Shown here: positions 24,543 through 33,231 of the stretch, one piece after another
Layout: each line of letters begins with the position of its first letter
Position numbering within the stretch: position 1 is the first letter of the stretch
IMG/VR virus record: IMGVR_UViG_3300016665_000162
Location: 1 to 38,212 of that record
Strand: one strand, 5' to 3'
Length of the DNA stretch: 38,212 nt
DNA from: a virus
Taxonomy: Duplodnaviria; Caudoviricetes
Notes under the pieces: generated by a model
The model's database searches: none
The model's input: only the letters and a program-made list of their open reading frames with translations
Told to the model about the DNA's origin: nothing
Translations under genes and position numbers: made by a program

Positions 24543-26498
24543 TCATTGAATCGGCATCGCACCGCCCAAGGGCGGCATTTCAGGCGCCGCAGCAGGCAGA
24601 GCCTGGTTGGGCTGCAACATCGCCTGCATAGCGGCCTGCTGCCCGAGCTGCATCTGCATCCCGACAGCCTCCACGTTGGCCTTCTTGGCCTTGGCCGCGC
24701 GCTCGGCAGCACCCGCCCTCTTCTCCTCCACCTGCGCCAACTGCATCGGACTAGGCTGCGGCGGCTGGATGCCCTGCTGCTTCAGGCCCGTGATGGCCTG
24801 GTCCAGCACGCTCTCGATCTGCGTGCTCACCCGGAACTTGCTCACGCTCCACTGCAGCAGGCTCAGCAGCACAGGCGCCGCCCCAGGCACGCTCTGCGCC
24901 ATCGGCGCCACCTGGCTGATGAACGCCCCCAGGCCCTGCATGAACTGCACCGCGGCGTCCCGCTCGGCCGCCCAGTCCATCGCCGCCATCGAGTCCGCCT
25001 CGATGTTGATGCGGTACTCCCGCATCTCCTCGCTCTTCAAAAGCTCAAGGGCCTGCGGCGCCAGCTGCGCGTCAGGCGTCCTCTCGATGTTGCTGCGCCG
25101 CACGATCGTCTCGGGCTGCCAGTGCTTGCAGATGATCTCGGCCTTGATCCGCAGCGCCTGGCTGATCCAATCCGCGATGTAGAACTGCATCAGCTGCACG
25201 CGCGTGCTGCCAAACTGCGCCTTGATCTGCTGCGCCGTGGCCGTCTCACTGGCCCTCGAGCTGCCCCGCATCACGTCCGAGATGCCCAGCACCTCGTAGA
25301 TCTGCATCGTCTTGTCCTGGCGGTACTGGCGCAGCTGGTTGATCGCGTTGACCACCTGCTCGATCGGCACCCAGTCCACCTGCCCCTTGATACCCCCTCG
25401 CTCAGCAAACAGAGCCCAGTTGTCCACCGGGATCAGCTGGTTCTCCGCAGCCTGCGAGAACATCCTTTGCAGCCCGTCAGCGTTGCGGTCGTAGACCCCC
25501 ACCACCTTGGCCGCACGCGTCAGCCACGTGATGCGCGTGTTGATCTCGTCAAGCTCGTTGAACTGGTCCTGCGCAAAGATGTAGTCCGCGCGGGGCATGA
25601 AGTTGGAGCTCGTGACGTTGGCCGCCACCGGCTTGGGACACGGAAAGAACCCCTCCAGGCCCAGCGGGTCATCCTTCACGTCCAGGATCACCTCAGCCCC
25701 GCGGCTGTACCAATAGACCTTCTTGTTCTCCTTGCACCAGATCTCGAAGACCTCGGCCTTGCTCCACGGGTCGTGCTTGGGCGTGTCGTCGTTGTCCGAC
25801 TTCTTGCGCTGGGCACTGCCCATCGGCACGATCCCGGCAATCTCCTTGCCAAAGCGCGCCTCGAGCTGGTCCTTCGTCATGAAGACCCGACGCGCCACCC
25901 ACCGCACCTCGCCCCACGTGCGGGCCGGGCTCCACCAGAAGTCCTCCCAATAGACGTAGTCGCAGCACGCGTCCTCGTCGACAATCCTCTCGGCCTCCTG
26001 CGCCGGCGCCAGCTCCACCCCCGTCATCGGGTCCACCACCGCCTCGATGGTGTAAGGCTCCGTCTCAACCTCGTAGCGCAGCCAGATCTGCCCCAGGCCC
26101 ACCGTCAGCCAGTCCTCAATGCCCTGGCGCACGTTCGTATCCCAGGTCGACGTGTCGTCATCGAACCCACGGTTCAAGATGCGCTGCAGCATCGTCCCGG
26201 CCACGCGCGCAACATCGTCCTCGTAGTCCTGGAACGTCCTGCTCACGTCCGCCTTGGGCGGGCGCGCGTACAACATGCTCAGGAGCACCTTCATCGTGCT
26301 CCAGAACAGATTCACCCGGCTCTCGTCCTGGCCGTACACATCCCTCTTGTCCAAATACCGGTGATTGATCCTGCGCGCGTCCTCATGGAACTTCGTCAGC
26401 TCCTTGCCCGCCGCCTCAATCTCCGTGCCCCAGCGCTGCGCCATCCCCGCAGGGTTGTCCTGAAAGTCGCTCGCACTCGAGATCTTGTCGTCCATCAC
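24543..26498 (-). CDS. Portal protein
   Basis: 651 aa directly after TerL; NLFWST, FFPCPKP, ISDVMRG, ETATAQQIK, Q-rich tail. Confidence 0.88.
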   Translation of the reverse strand: MMDDKISSASDFQDNPAGMAQRWGTEIEAAGKELTKFHEDARRINHRYLDKRDVYGQDESRVNLFWSTMKVLLSMLYARPPKADVSRTFQDYEDDVARVAGTMLQRILNRGFDDDTSTWDTNVRQGIEDWLTVGLGQIWLRYEVETEPYTIEAVVDPMTGVELAPAQEAERIVDEDACCDYVYWEDFWWSPARTWGEVRWVARRVFMTKDQLEARFGKEIAGIVPMGSAQRKKSDNDDTPKHDPWSKAEVFEIWCKENKKVYWYSRGAEVILDVKDDPLGLEGFFPCPKPVAANVTSSNFMPRADYIFAQDQFNELDEINTRITWLTRAAKVVGVYDRNADGLQRMFSQAAENQLIPVDNWALFAERGGIKGQVDWVPIEQVVNAINQLRQYRQDKTMQIYEVLGISDVMRGSSRASETATAQQIKAQFGSTRVQLMQFYIADWISQALRIKAEIICKHWQPETIVRRSNIERTPDAQLAPQALELLKSEEMREYRINIEADSMAAMDWAAERDAAVQFMQGLGAFISQVAPMAQSVPGAAPVLLSLLQWSVSKFRVSTQIESVLDQAITGLKQQGIQPPQPSPMQLAQVEEKRAGAAERAAKAKKANVEAVGMQMQLGQQAAMQAMLQPNQALPAAAPEMPPLGGAMPIQ

Positions 26499-27832
26499 CC
26501 GACCCGGTTTGATTGGCTAGGCCCGCAGTCCCAGATGTCGTTCAAGGCGAACGCATAGTTCATCCCCTTGGGCGCCTTTGGCGCGGTCTGCGCCTCGGGT
26601 TTCGATTTTCCCATCACCGGCCGCGCGGCAAGAGCCAAGTACCTGAACGCGTCGCTCGCGTGACTGTGCTGGTCATGCTTGGGCCTGTTCCTGTACGCCT
26701 GCGTCCTCTCGTCCCACTCCCGCTGGTACGCCCGCAAGTGCTCAAGCCCCTCGTACGTCGTCGCCTCGTTGAAATGGCAGCTAGGCAGCACCAACCGCGC
26801 CGCCTCAATCCCATCCTGCAGACTCATCTCCGGTACCAGCTGCGGCCGAATGCCACTCTGCAAGAACTGCTCAATGATCGACTTGCCCGTCTGCAAGCTT
26901 TTGGCACGCGCGTCGTGCGGCAAGAACACCTTCCCAACCCGGTACGGCCGGCTCTTCACCCAGTCGATGTAGTGCCCAATCGGCTGACTGTCATCCTCCA
27001 TGAAGTCCACCACCCGGTACCCATCCGGCGTCTCCTGCCAGCCCCACCAACTGCACGAGTCCGTGTAGCCCAGGTCCGCCACCAGATTCACCGGCATGTC
27101 CACGTCCACCGGGTACTCGCCCACGCGCCTGTCGTCGTACGCGTCGCTGATCAACTTCGCGTAGTACGCCCCAGGCACCGCCGCATCAAAGCTGCACTCG
27201 TACTCGACCTCGTACGCGTCCTCAGTCATCTGAGCCTTTGCGTCCCTGAGCTCGTCCGGGTGAATGATGTTTGTCTTTGACGCGGGCAGTTCAAGAAGGA
27301 GGTGGCTGTCAGGGTTCAAGCGGGCCTCCTCGCGGAGGTTCCAGAACATGTTCTTGCCCGCAGGCGTGCCCGCAAAAATCGCCCAGCCGCGCCTGTCACT
27401 CAGCGCCGGGCGCAACACCTGGTACCAGGCACTCGGCCGGATCTGGCCCACCTCGTCCAGCACCACCCCATCGAAGTACATGCCCCGCAGCGCGTCGTAG
27501 TTGTCCGCGCCCGCCACGTAAATCGTGCTCTCACCCTTGTGCCCGTTGGCAATCGTGATCTTCAGCTCGCTCTCGTTGGGCGCCTTCGTCTGAAACGGCT
27601 TCGTCAAGTCCTTCAGGTACGTCCACGCCACCCTCTTGGCCTGGTCGCGCTGCGGCGCAAGGTACGCAAACTGCGGCTTGGGCAGCGCCGTCTCCAACGC
27701 GCCAATCACCAAGTCCACACACATCGCCACCGTCTTGCCCGCGCGCCGGTGCGCCACCACCACCGTCCAGCGCCGATCGCGGTTGTGCAGGGGAAGGAAG
27801 ACCTGGCGGGGTTGGTATTCCTGAAGGTTCAT
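26495..27832 (-). CDS. terL: Terminase large subunit
   Basis: Walker A HRRAGKT, Walker B VVLDE, GTP coupling motif, nuclease DLG..D and HASDAFRY. Confidence 0.95.
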   Translation of the reverse strand: MNLQEYQPRQVFLPLHNRDRRWTVVVAHRRAGKTVAMCVDLVIGALETALPKPQFAYLAPQRDQAKRVAWTYLKDLTKPFQTKAPNESELKITIANGHKGESTIYVAGADNYDALRGMYFDGVVLDEVGQIRPSAWYQVLRPALSDRRGWAIFAGTPAGKNMFWNLREEARLNPDSHLLLELPASKTNIIHPDELRDAKAQMTEDAYEVEYECSFDAAVPGAYYAKLISDAYDDRRVGEYPVDVDMPVNLVADLGYTDSCSWWGWQETPDGYRVVDFMEDDSQPIGHYIDWVKSRPYRVGKVFLPHDARAKSLQTGKSIIEQFLQSGIRPQLVPEMSLQDGIEAARLVLPSCHFNEATTYEGLEHLRAYQREWDERTQAYRNRPKHDQHSHASDAFRYLALAARPVMGKSKPEAQTAPKAPKGMNYAFALNDIWDCGPSQSNRVG

Positions 27833-28016
27833 TGCGGTTGGCGCAACAGGGGTTTTGGGGGTAGAGAAAAGGGGGGTGGGGCCCCAGCCTCAGCCCTGCC
27901 CCCGCCCCCGGCTCGACGGGGGGATGGGGGTCTGGACTTTCCCTTGGCCGCGGCAATGGCCCGAGAACGCGTCAGAACGGCCCAGGACGCGCGATCGAGG
28001 CGCAGCCCAGGCCACC
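27833..28016. other. Non-coding G/C homopolymer-tract region between terS and terL; candidate packaging initiation site
   Basis: Dense G4-6 and C4-5 runs and no convincing ORF. Confidence 0.45.
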
Positions 28017-28538
28017 CTACTCACCCGCGCCTTCAGCGCCTCCTGCGGGCTTTTGCGGGCTCGCCTGCATCAGCTCAGGCTGAGGATGCTGATCAACAAT
28101 CTGGTAGGTGCCGTCCGATTTGCGTTGCAGATCAAGGGCTTGCGGCACTGCGCCTGCGTTTTGTGCCGCGTTCGTGCCAATCTGGCGCCCGCCGAGCCAG
28201 CCGAGCTCGAGCCTGATGCCGCCGTCGACGTGCGCCTGCACCTGCAGCGGCATTGCTTTGGCCACCATCGCGGCGAAGATCTGCCGGTCGCCAATCGTGC
28301 CGTTGGCGCGCTCTACCAGCCAGCCCGCCAGGCCCTCCGGGTGGCACCGCCCCGGCTGGCACGCGCGCTCCACGGCCTCGCGGATCGTCCGCGTCACGCG
28401 GTTGGGCGTGCCCTTGGGCCGCCCGACGTGCGGCAGCACGCTCCCGCCGGCGCCAGGTCGCGGCCGTCGCAACTCCCCGCTTTGTTTGGGGCTCACCGTT
28501 GCGCCGGTATTCGCTGTGGTCGCCTCAGCCATCTCCAT
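28017..28538 (-). CDS. terS: Terminase small subunit (putative)
   Basis: GRPKGTPNRVT..IREAV motif; upstream of terL. Confidence 0.75.
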   Translation of the reverse strand: MEMAEATTANTGATVSPKQSGELRRPRPGAGGSVLPHVGRPKGTPNRVTRTIREAVERACQPGRCHPEGLAGWLVERANGTIGDRQIFAAMVAKAMPLQVQAHVDGGIRLELGWLGGRQIGTNAAQNAGAVPQALDLQRKSDGTYQIVDQHPQPELMQASPQKPAGGAEGAGE

Positions 28539-28563
28539 GTCGCGATTCTCTCACCGCGACGGG

Positions 28564-28719
28564 TGCGCTCGCATCCCCACACCCCTTACAGTGCTAGCGC
28601 GCGCACCCCTCCACGCAGGGCTAAAGCCCCCCTCCTGAGGGGTCGGGGGCTTAGCTTTAGCCTGACCTGCGTCAGCATGCGCTCGCAATGCGACCGCACT
28701 GCTAGCGCATGCGAGCGCA
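28564..28719. other. Candidate replication origin: large inverted repeats and TGCGCTCGCA repeats
   Basis: Hairpin 28613-28672; TGCGCTCGCA at 28564 and 28678, inverted at 28710; directly downstream of primase-helicase. Confidence 0.5.
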
Positions 28720-28731
28720 GCCAAAGCCCTC

Positions 28732-30837
28732 TCACTCATCGCCCCCTCCCCGCCACATCGCCGGCGCGCTCGGCCCCTGCGCCACGCGCAACCTGCCGAC
28801 CTCTGTCAGGTCCAGGCACTTGTGCTTCTTGCGGTGCTCGTTGAGGTACTCGACCTCCTCCACCAGGCCATCCCGCGTCAGCTCAGCCAGCAGGCCGAAG
28901 AACTCGGCCCGCGCCAGCTGCTGCGGGAAGCCCGGCTGCTGGTGCAGCATCACGAACGCGTTGTTGTTGGCCTTTACTGACATGGACAGGCGCTGGCCGC
29001 GTGCGCTCGCATCGCTGAGCAGGCGCAGCAGCGCAGTGCGCTGCCCTGATCGCATCAGAGCCCGCGCGGCGGCTGCGCCTGGCACGGTGCCAAAGCGCCT
29101 GAAGACCTTTGACTGGGCGTCGAATTCGATGGTGATGTCGGACTGTTTCGCGGACAGGTTGTGCTTTTCGTGGCGCAGCGTGATCTCGGTGTCGCTGGTC
29201 CTGACCATCGCCCAGCGGCTTCTGACGCTGTTATTCCAGGCTGTGGAGCCGCTGAACGTGGTGTGCGTGTCCTGGCCCGCGCCCAGCCGAACGCTTGCCT
29301 TGTCAACGTGTGCTAGCAGCAGCACGGCCGCGCCCGTCACGCCTGCAATGGTGTTCAGGCACCGCATGAAGCCCCGGACGTGGGCCCGGTCGTTCTCGTT
29401 GTCGCCGTAGACGTCGCTCGCGTTGTCGATGATCACGATCTCTGCCTTGTGGCGCACGGCGGTGTCGGCAAGCCACTGCATGCGGCTGGTCGGGTGGCCA
29501 TCGCTCCACATCAGGCAGTCCTGGTGCGTCATGTCGTAGACGAAGAGGTGCCCCTTCAGGCTCGGCGTGGCGATACCGAACGCGGCGCAGATGTGCTCCA
29601 CGCGGTGATGCACCACGCCCTGGTCGTCCTCGGCCGAGATGACGAGCACCCGTTTGCGGCTGACCTCGATGTCTTCGAGGAACGGCGTGCCGGTGGCCAG
29701 CGCGACCGCCAGCTGCAAGCTCAGGTTGGACTTGCCGATGCCGCCGTTGGCGCTGAGCAGGGTCGTCTTGGCCATGGGTAGCCAGCCCTCGATGGCAAAC
29801 CTGGGCGGCTCCGCGGGGTGCTCAGCCAGCGCCTCCCAGTCCATGGGCTCGGGCTCACCCGGCTGTGGCTGGGCAGGCGCGCTCAGGTTGACGGTGATGC
29901 TGGGTGGCTGGCGCTCTTGGGGCGCGTACTTCTCGGCCGTCTTGACTGCGCGGGGGATCTCGGCCCTGCGCTGCTCCCAGCGGCGCACCTCGTCCTCGGG
30001 GCCTGTGGGGCGCGCCGCGTCCATCAGGCTGTAGAGGTGCTCGACGGCGGCGCCTGGGAACATGCCGCCGCTGATGAGGCTGGCGGCCATGCGCGTGAGG
30101 TTGTCGTGGTAGGAGCGCTCGTTGGCAGGGCCGAAGAGGCCCTGAACGAATTCACCCGCGTGGCTGCCGTGCGTTGTCGAAGATGCGGGTGTCGGTGGTG
30201 ATGCAGCGATGCGCAGCGCGTCCAGGTCAATGCCCACGGCCTGGCACGCGTCCTCCAAAGACCAGCGCACGTTGGGCTTCCAGAGCTCGAGCTGCACGCG
30301 CCAGGTGCCCGCGGCGCGGGGCTTGGTGTTACTGCCCACGGGCAAGCGCACGTAGCGCACTGCGTTGTTGCCCGAGCGGTCTGACGCGACCCAGCCGCGG
30401 GCGGCCAGGCTTGACATCACGCGGTCAACAAGCTCGCGGTTGTAGGTGTCCTGGTCCTCGGGGTCGAGCAAGATGCCGACCTGGCGCTTGCCGGGGCTAG
30501 TCTGGATGGAGTAGCTGCAGCCTGTGACTTCCTCGAGCTGCACGTCGTCAAGCACCAGCACGGCCAGGCGCCAGAAGCTGTCTTTGCGGCGCACGATTTC
30601 ACCGGTGTCGGTGGCGCGCAGGACTGCGGTGCAGAAGTAGGTGTTGTCGCCCGTGGCGCCGTCGATGACGTTGGCCTGGTTGGGCAGGCCGCGGTAGGGG
30701 CGCCCGCTCCAGGCGTCGGGCGGGGCGGCTGATGGGTCGGCGCGGAAGTGACACACCCACCCGTGGTGGCCGGTAGGTAGTTCCCCGTAAACCTCAGCCA
30801 GAAAGTCGGAGTTGGCCATCGTCTGCTCGATGACCAT
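28732..30837 (-). CDS. Primase (RepB-like)-helicase (RepA/AAA_25, SF4) fusion
   Basis: VLVLDD, IQTSPGKRQ, YVRLP.G.NTKP; Walker A GGIGKS, IIDN, LLAH, SGSTAWNN..R. Confidence 0.88.
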   Translation of the reverse strand: MVIEQTMANSDFLAEVYGELPTGHHGWVCHFRADPSAAPPDAWSGRPYRGLPNQANVIDGATGDNTYFCTAVLRATDTGEIVRRKDSFWRLAVLVLDDVQLEEVTGCSYSIQTSPGKRQVGILLDPEDQDTYNRELVDRVMSSLAARGWVASDRSGNNAVRYVRLPVGSNTKPRAAGTWRVQLELWKPNVRWSLEDACQAVGIDLDALRIAASPPTPASSTTHGSHAGEFVQGLFGPANERSYHDNLTRMAASLISGGMFPGAAVEHLYSLMDAARPTGPEDEVRRWEQRRAEIPRAVKTAEKYAPQERQPPSITVNLSAPAQPQPGEPEPMDWEALAEHPAEPPRFAIEGWLPMAKTTLLSANGGIGKSNLSLQLAVALATGTPFLEDIEVSRKRVLVISAEDDQGVVHHRVEHICAAFGIATPSLKGHLFVYDMTHQDCLMWSDGHPTSRMQWLADTAVRHKAEIVIIDNASDVYGDNENDRAHVRGFMRCLNTIAGVTGAAVLLLAHVDKASVRLGAGQDTHTTFSGSTAWNNSVRSRWAMVRTSDTEITLRHEKHNLSAKQSDITIEFDAQSKVFRRFGTVPGAAAARALMRSGQRTALLRLLSDASARGQRLSMSVKANNNAFVMLHQQPGFPQQLARAEFFGLLAELTRDGLVEEVEYLNEHRKKHKCLDLTEVGRLRVAQGPSAPAMWRGGGDE

Positions 30838-30838
30838 G

Positions 30839-31081
30839 TCACGCCTCAGCCGAGATGAGCTCCTCCACGGTCAGCTCGACGCCGGCCTCGCGCGCCATCT
30901 GCAACAGCGTGGGCCAGTGCCGATACGGAATGAGGCCGCCGGTGCCGTACGGCACGCGCTGGCACCAGCGCGAGAGGGTCGACTTGTTGAGCTTCAGGCG
31001 GTCAGACACCACTGTCTTTCCACCCAGTCTTTCGACCACAGAGTAGGCCGGCTCGAGCTTGTGCTTGGTTTCGATGGTCAC
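30839..31081 (-). CDS. Cro-like HTH regulator
   Basis: VVERLGG..VVS..L.LNKSTLSRW...GGLIP; AAGGAG SD; divergent from repressor. Confidence 0.8.
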   Translation of the reverse strand: MTIETKHKLEPAYSVVERLGGKTVVSDRLKLNKSTLSRWCQRVPYGTGGLIPYRHWPTLLQMAREAGVELTVEELISAEA

Positions 31082-31100
31082 GCGGGTGCTCCTTCTTGCT

Positions 31101-31191
31101 GTTGCGCTTTCCGCACCGCGCAGTGTAGGGCGTGACATTGAGCACGCTCAATTCGGGGTCGTGCCTACTCCCTCGTTGCGCTTGACTCACC
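31101..31191. promoter_or_regulatory. Genetic switch: operators 31101-31117 and 31175-31191, palindrome 31137-31152, leftward promoter TTGAGC-N18-TACACT
   Basis: GTTGCG-CTTTC-CGCACC; GTTGCG-CTTGA-CTCACC; ATTGAG-CACG-CTCAAT. Confidence 0.7.
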
Positions 31192-31240
31192 GTTAGAGCA
31201 GCGTCACGCTTCTCCTATCACGCGGAGAAACTCCAATACC

Positions 31241-31822
31241 ATGAACACGCAGTGGTTCAAAGATCGGCTGAAAGACAAGCGGCTGTCAGGGAGGCAGCTT
31301 GCACGCATGCTGAACATCGACGCCAGTGCTGGGTCGCTGCTTTTGCGGGGCCTGCGCAAGATGACGCCTTACGAGGCGCACCAGATCGCCACGATCTTGG
31401 GTGTGCCACTCAACGAGGTGCTGCGCCAGGCCGGCATCGACGTGCGGGAAGACGTCAAGAAGACGCCCGTGGCGGCGCGCATGGATGAAGCTGGTGCAGT
31501 AGTGGCCATGCCACCTGGAACGCACGATTCCGCGCAGGGGCCAGCCGATCTGCCGGTGGGGTCGTACGCGGTGCAGGTGCGCTCGCCCAACTCGATCAAG
31601 GACGGGTGGCTGCTGTTCACGACGCCGGCCCAGGTCGATCCGGCAACGTGCATCGACAGCCTGTGCGTGGTGGCCACGGCTGCAGGCGACCACCTGGTCG
31701 GCGTCGTGCGCCGCGGATACCGGCGCAACTCGTTCAACCTCGTGCTGTGGCCCAGCAACACCATGATGACGGACGCCGACCTGGCCTGGGCCAGCCGCGT
31801 ACTCTGGATCAAGCCAGCCTAG
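31241..31822 (+). CDS. CI-like repressor (XRE HTH plus degenerate S24-like domain)
   Basis: LSGRQLARMLNIDASAGSLLLRG.RKM HTH; C-terminal YAVQV...DGW...WASRVLWI. Confidence 0.8.
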   Translation: MNTQWFKDRLKDKRLSGRQLARMLNIDASAGSLLLRGLRKMTPYEAHQIATILGVPLNEVLRQAGIDVREDVKKTPVAARMDEAGAVVAMPPGTHDSAQGPADLPVGSYAVQVRSPNSIKDGWLLFTTPAQVDPATCIDSLCVVATAAGDHLVGVVRRGYRRNSFNLVLWPSNTMMTDADLAWASRVLWIKPA

Positions 31823-31841
31823 CTCCAAGGGTTTGTTGGGG

Positions 31842-31868
31842 GTAGGGAATTCCCTACTCTCTTTTTTT
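31842..31868 (+). terminator. Probable repressor-gene terminator / palindromic site
   Basis: GTAGGG-AATT-CCCTAC followed by TCTCTTTTTTT. Confidence 0.55.
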
Positions 31869-31876
31869 GGTGGTCT

Positions 31877-31906
31877 GTTGCGAATTCCGCATCGGTGTGC
31901 TGCAAT
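31877..31906 (+). promoter_or_regulatory. Early rightward promoter TTGCGA-N17-TGCAAT overlapped by operator GTTGCG-AATTC-CGCATC
   Basis: Spacing and operator match. Confidence 0.65.
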
Positions 31907-31935
31907 CGCACCGTCTGAACCGCGAGCCCTGAACC

Positions 31936-32136
31936 ATGAGCGACTGGCCGACCACCCGCAAGTACCCGCGCACGTTGCGCGAGGCGTTCCCCCACGACCG
32001 GGAGTGGGCTTACTGCTGCGAGTCGCCCACGCGCTTCACGCTGCGCAGCATCTACCGCCACGCGCTCAGTGTGCTGGCCGTGCTGTGGCTGGTCGTGATG
32101 GTGGCGCACACGCTGCTGGAGTGGGCGGCGCAATGA
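31936..32136 (+). CDS. Small early membrane protein
   Basis: WPTTRKYPRTLREAFP motif, C-terminal TM. Confidence 0.7.
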   Translation: MSDWPTTRKYPRTLREAFPHDREWAYCCESPTRFTLRSIYRHALSVLAVLWLVVMVAHTLLEWAAQ

Positions 32137-32330
32137 ACAAGCGTCCGTATGTGCCCAAGGGCTGCGACCAGCAGGGGCGCCACCCGCAGGCGGCCGAGGC
32201 TGCCACGGAGCTTGGTACGGACGACTGTCCCAATGATTGGGGCGTCACGAGGGTTGTGCTGACCGACATCGCCATTGCGTGCGCCATCGTGGGCGTGATG
32301 GCGCTGGTGCTGTGGCTGGCGCTGCCGTGA
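32133..32330 (+). CDS. Small early membrane protein
   Basis: GCDQQGRHPQAAEAATELG motif, C-terminal TM; ATGA overlap. Confidence 0.65.
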   Translation: MNKRPYVPKGCDQQGRHPQAAEAATELGTDDCPNDWGVTRVVLTDIAIACAIVGVMALVLWLALP

Positions 32331-32518
32331 AGTGCCCGTGGTGCTCAGCGTGGACCGAGGTGATCGACACGCGCCACGGTCGGCGCCGACGCGAGTGCGC
32401 CAACGGGCACCGGTTCCGCACGGTTGAGATTACCTACGCTCACTACGACTACGTGATCGTGCAGCGACGCATGCGTGAAGCGCGCGCGGTGCTGCGGCAG
32501 AAGGGATACCTGAAGTGA
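32327..32518 (+). CDS. NrdR-N-like zinc-ribbon protein
   Basis: CPWC...VIDTR..RRRREC.NGHRFRT.E. Confidence 0.75.
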   Translation: MKCPWCSAWTEVIDTRHGRRRRECANGHRFRTVEITYAHYDYVIVQRRMREARAVLRQKGYLK

Positions 32519-32832
32519 AGGCAGCTGAGTTCCTGCGGCGTGCAGCGCAGCACATGGACGACCGCGCGCGCACCTACGACAAGCCCGGCGGCGAGCGCTC
32601 GATGGCCGCCACGGTAGCCGCGTTCAACGCGATCACGGGCCGAGGCTTGACTGAGCCTGAGGGCTGGCTGCTGCTGATGCTGCTCAAGGCCGTGCGCCTG
32701 CAGCAGCGCGCGACGTACCACGCCGACAGCGCCGAAGACCTTGTGGCCTATGCCGCCCTGGTGGGCGAAGCGCGGTCGCAGCAGGTCATTGGCAACGAAT
32801 CACAACCAGGTGCGCAAAGCACCACTACCTGA
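32515..32832 (+). CDS. DUF6378-like protein (nucleotide-kinase-associated helical domain)
   Basis: R..TYD...ERSM...FN......L....GW..M.LLK..R...H.DS..DL.AYAAL. Confidence 0.7.
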   Translation: MKAAEFLRRAAQHMDDRARTYDKPGGERSMAATVAAFNAITGRGLTEPEGWLLLMLLKAVRLQQRATYHADSAEDLVAYAALVGEARSQQVIGNESQPGAQSTTT

Positions 32833-32845
32833 AGGAGCCCACCAC

Positions 32846-33229
32846 ATGGCACCGATTGACCAGCTGGCGACCTTATGGGGCATCGCCAAGAAAAAGGAAG
32901 ACGACGCGCGAGACGAGCGCGTGGGCATCGAGAAGCAGATTCTCGCACTGCACCCGGCACGCGAAGAGGGCAGCGAGACGTTTGCCACGCCCGCGGGCGC
33001 CAAGATCACGCTGACCGGCAAGGTGTCCTACAAAGCCAACGTCGATGCGCTGTTGACGTTGACCGCGGCGTGGCCCGCTGACGTGCGGCCGATCAAGGTC
33101 AAGACCGAAGCCGACGAGTCGAAGCTGCGCGCCATCCGCGCCGAGTCGCCCAAGCTGTGGGCGCAGATCGCCGCCGCGGTGGAGACGAAGCCCGCCAAGA
33201 CGGGCGTGGCGATCAAGTGGAGCGAGTGA
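32846..33229 (+). CDS. Conserved hypothetical protein of recombination module
   Basis: W..AK..E..A...R..IE; AAGGAG SD; precedes Sak4-like ATPase. Confidence 0.7.
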   Translation: MAPIDQLATLWGIAKKKEDDARDERVGIEKQILALHPAREEGSETFATPAGAKITLTGKVSYKANVDALLTLTAAWPADVRPIKVKTEADESKLRAIRAESPKLWAQIAAAVETKPAKTGVAIKWSE

Positions 33230-33231
33230 TC

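Noticed and set aside
24519-26558. 679-aa plus-strand ORF, and other long antisense ORFs (3249..4397, 16354..17577, 19217..20446, 20543..22210, 33409..34509)
   Set aside because: Mirror frames of well-supported genes in high-GC DNA; no motifs or start signals
27531-27956. ORFs spanning the terS-terL gap
   Set aside because: Low-complexity Pro/Gly translations of G/C tracts overlapping real genes
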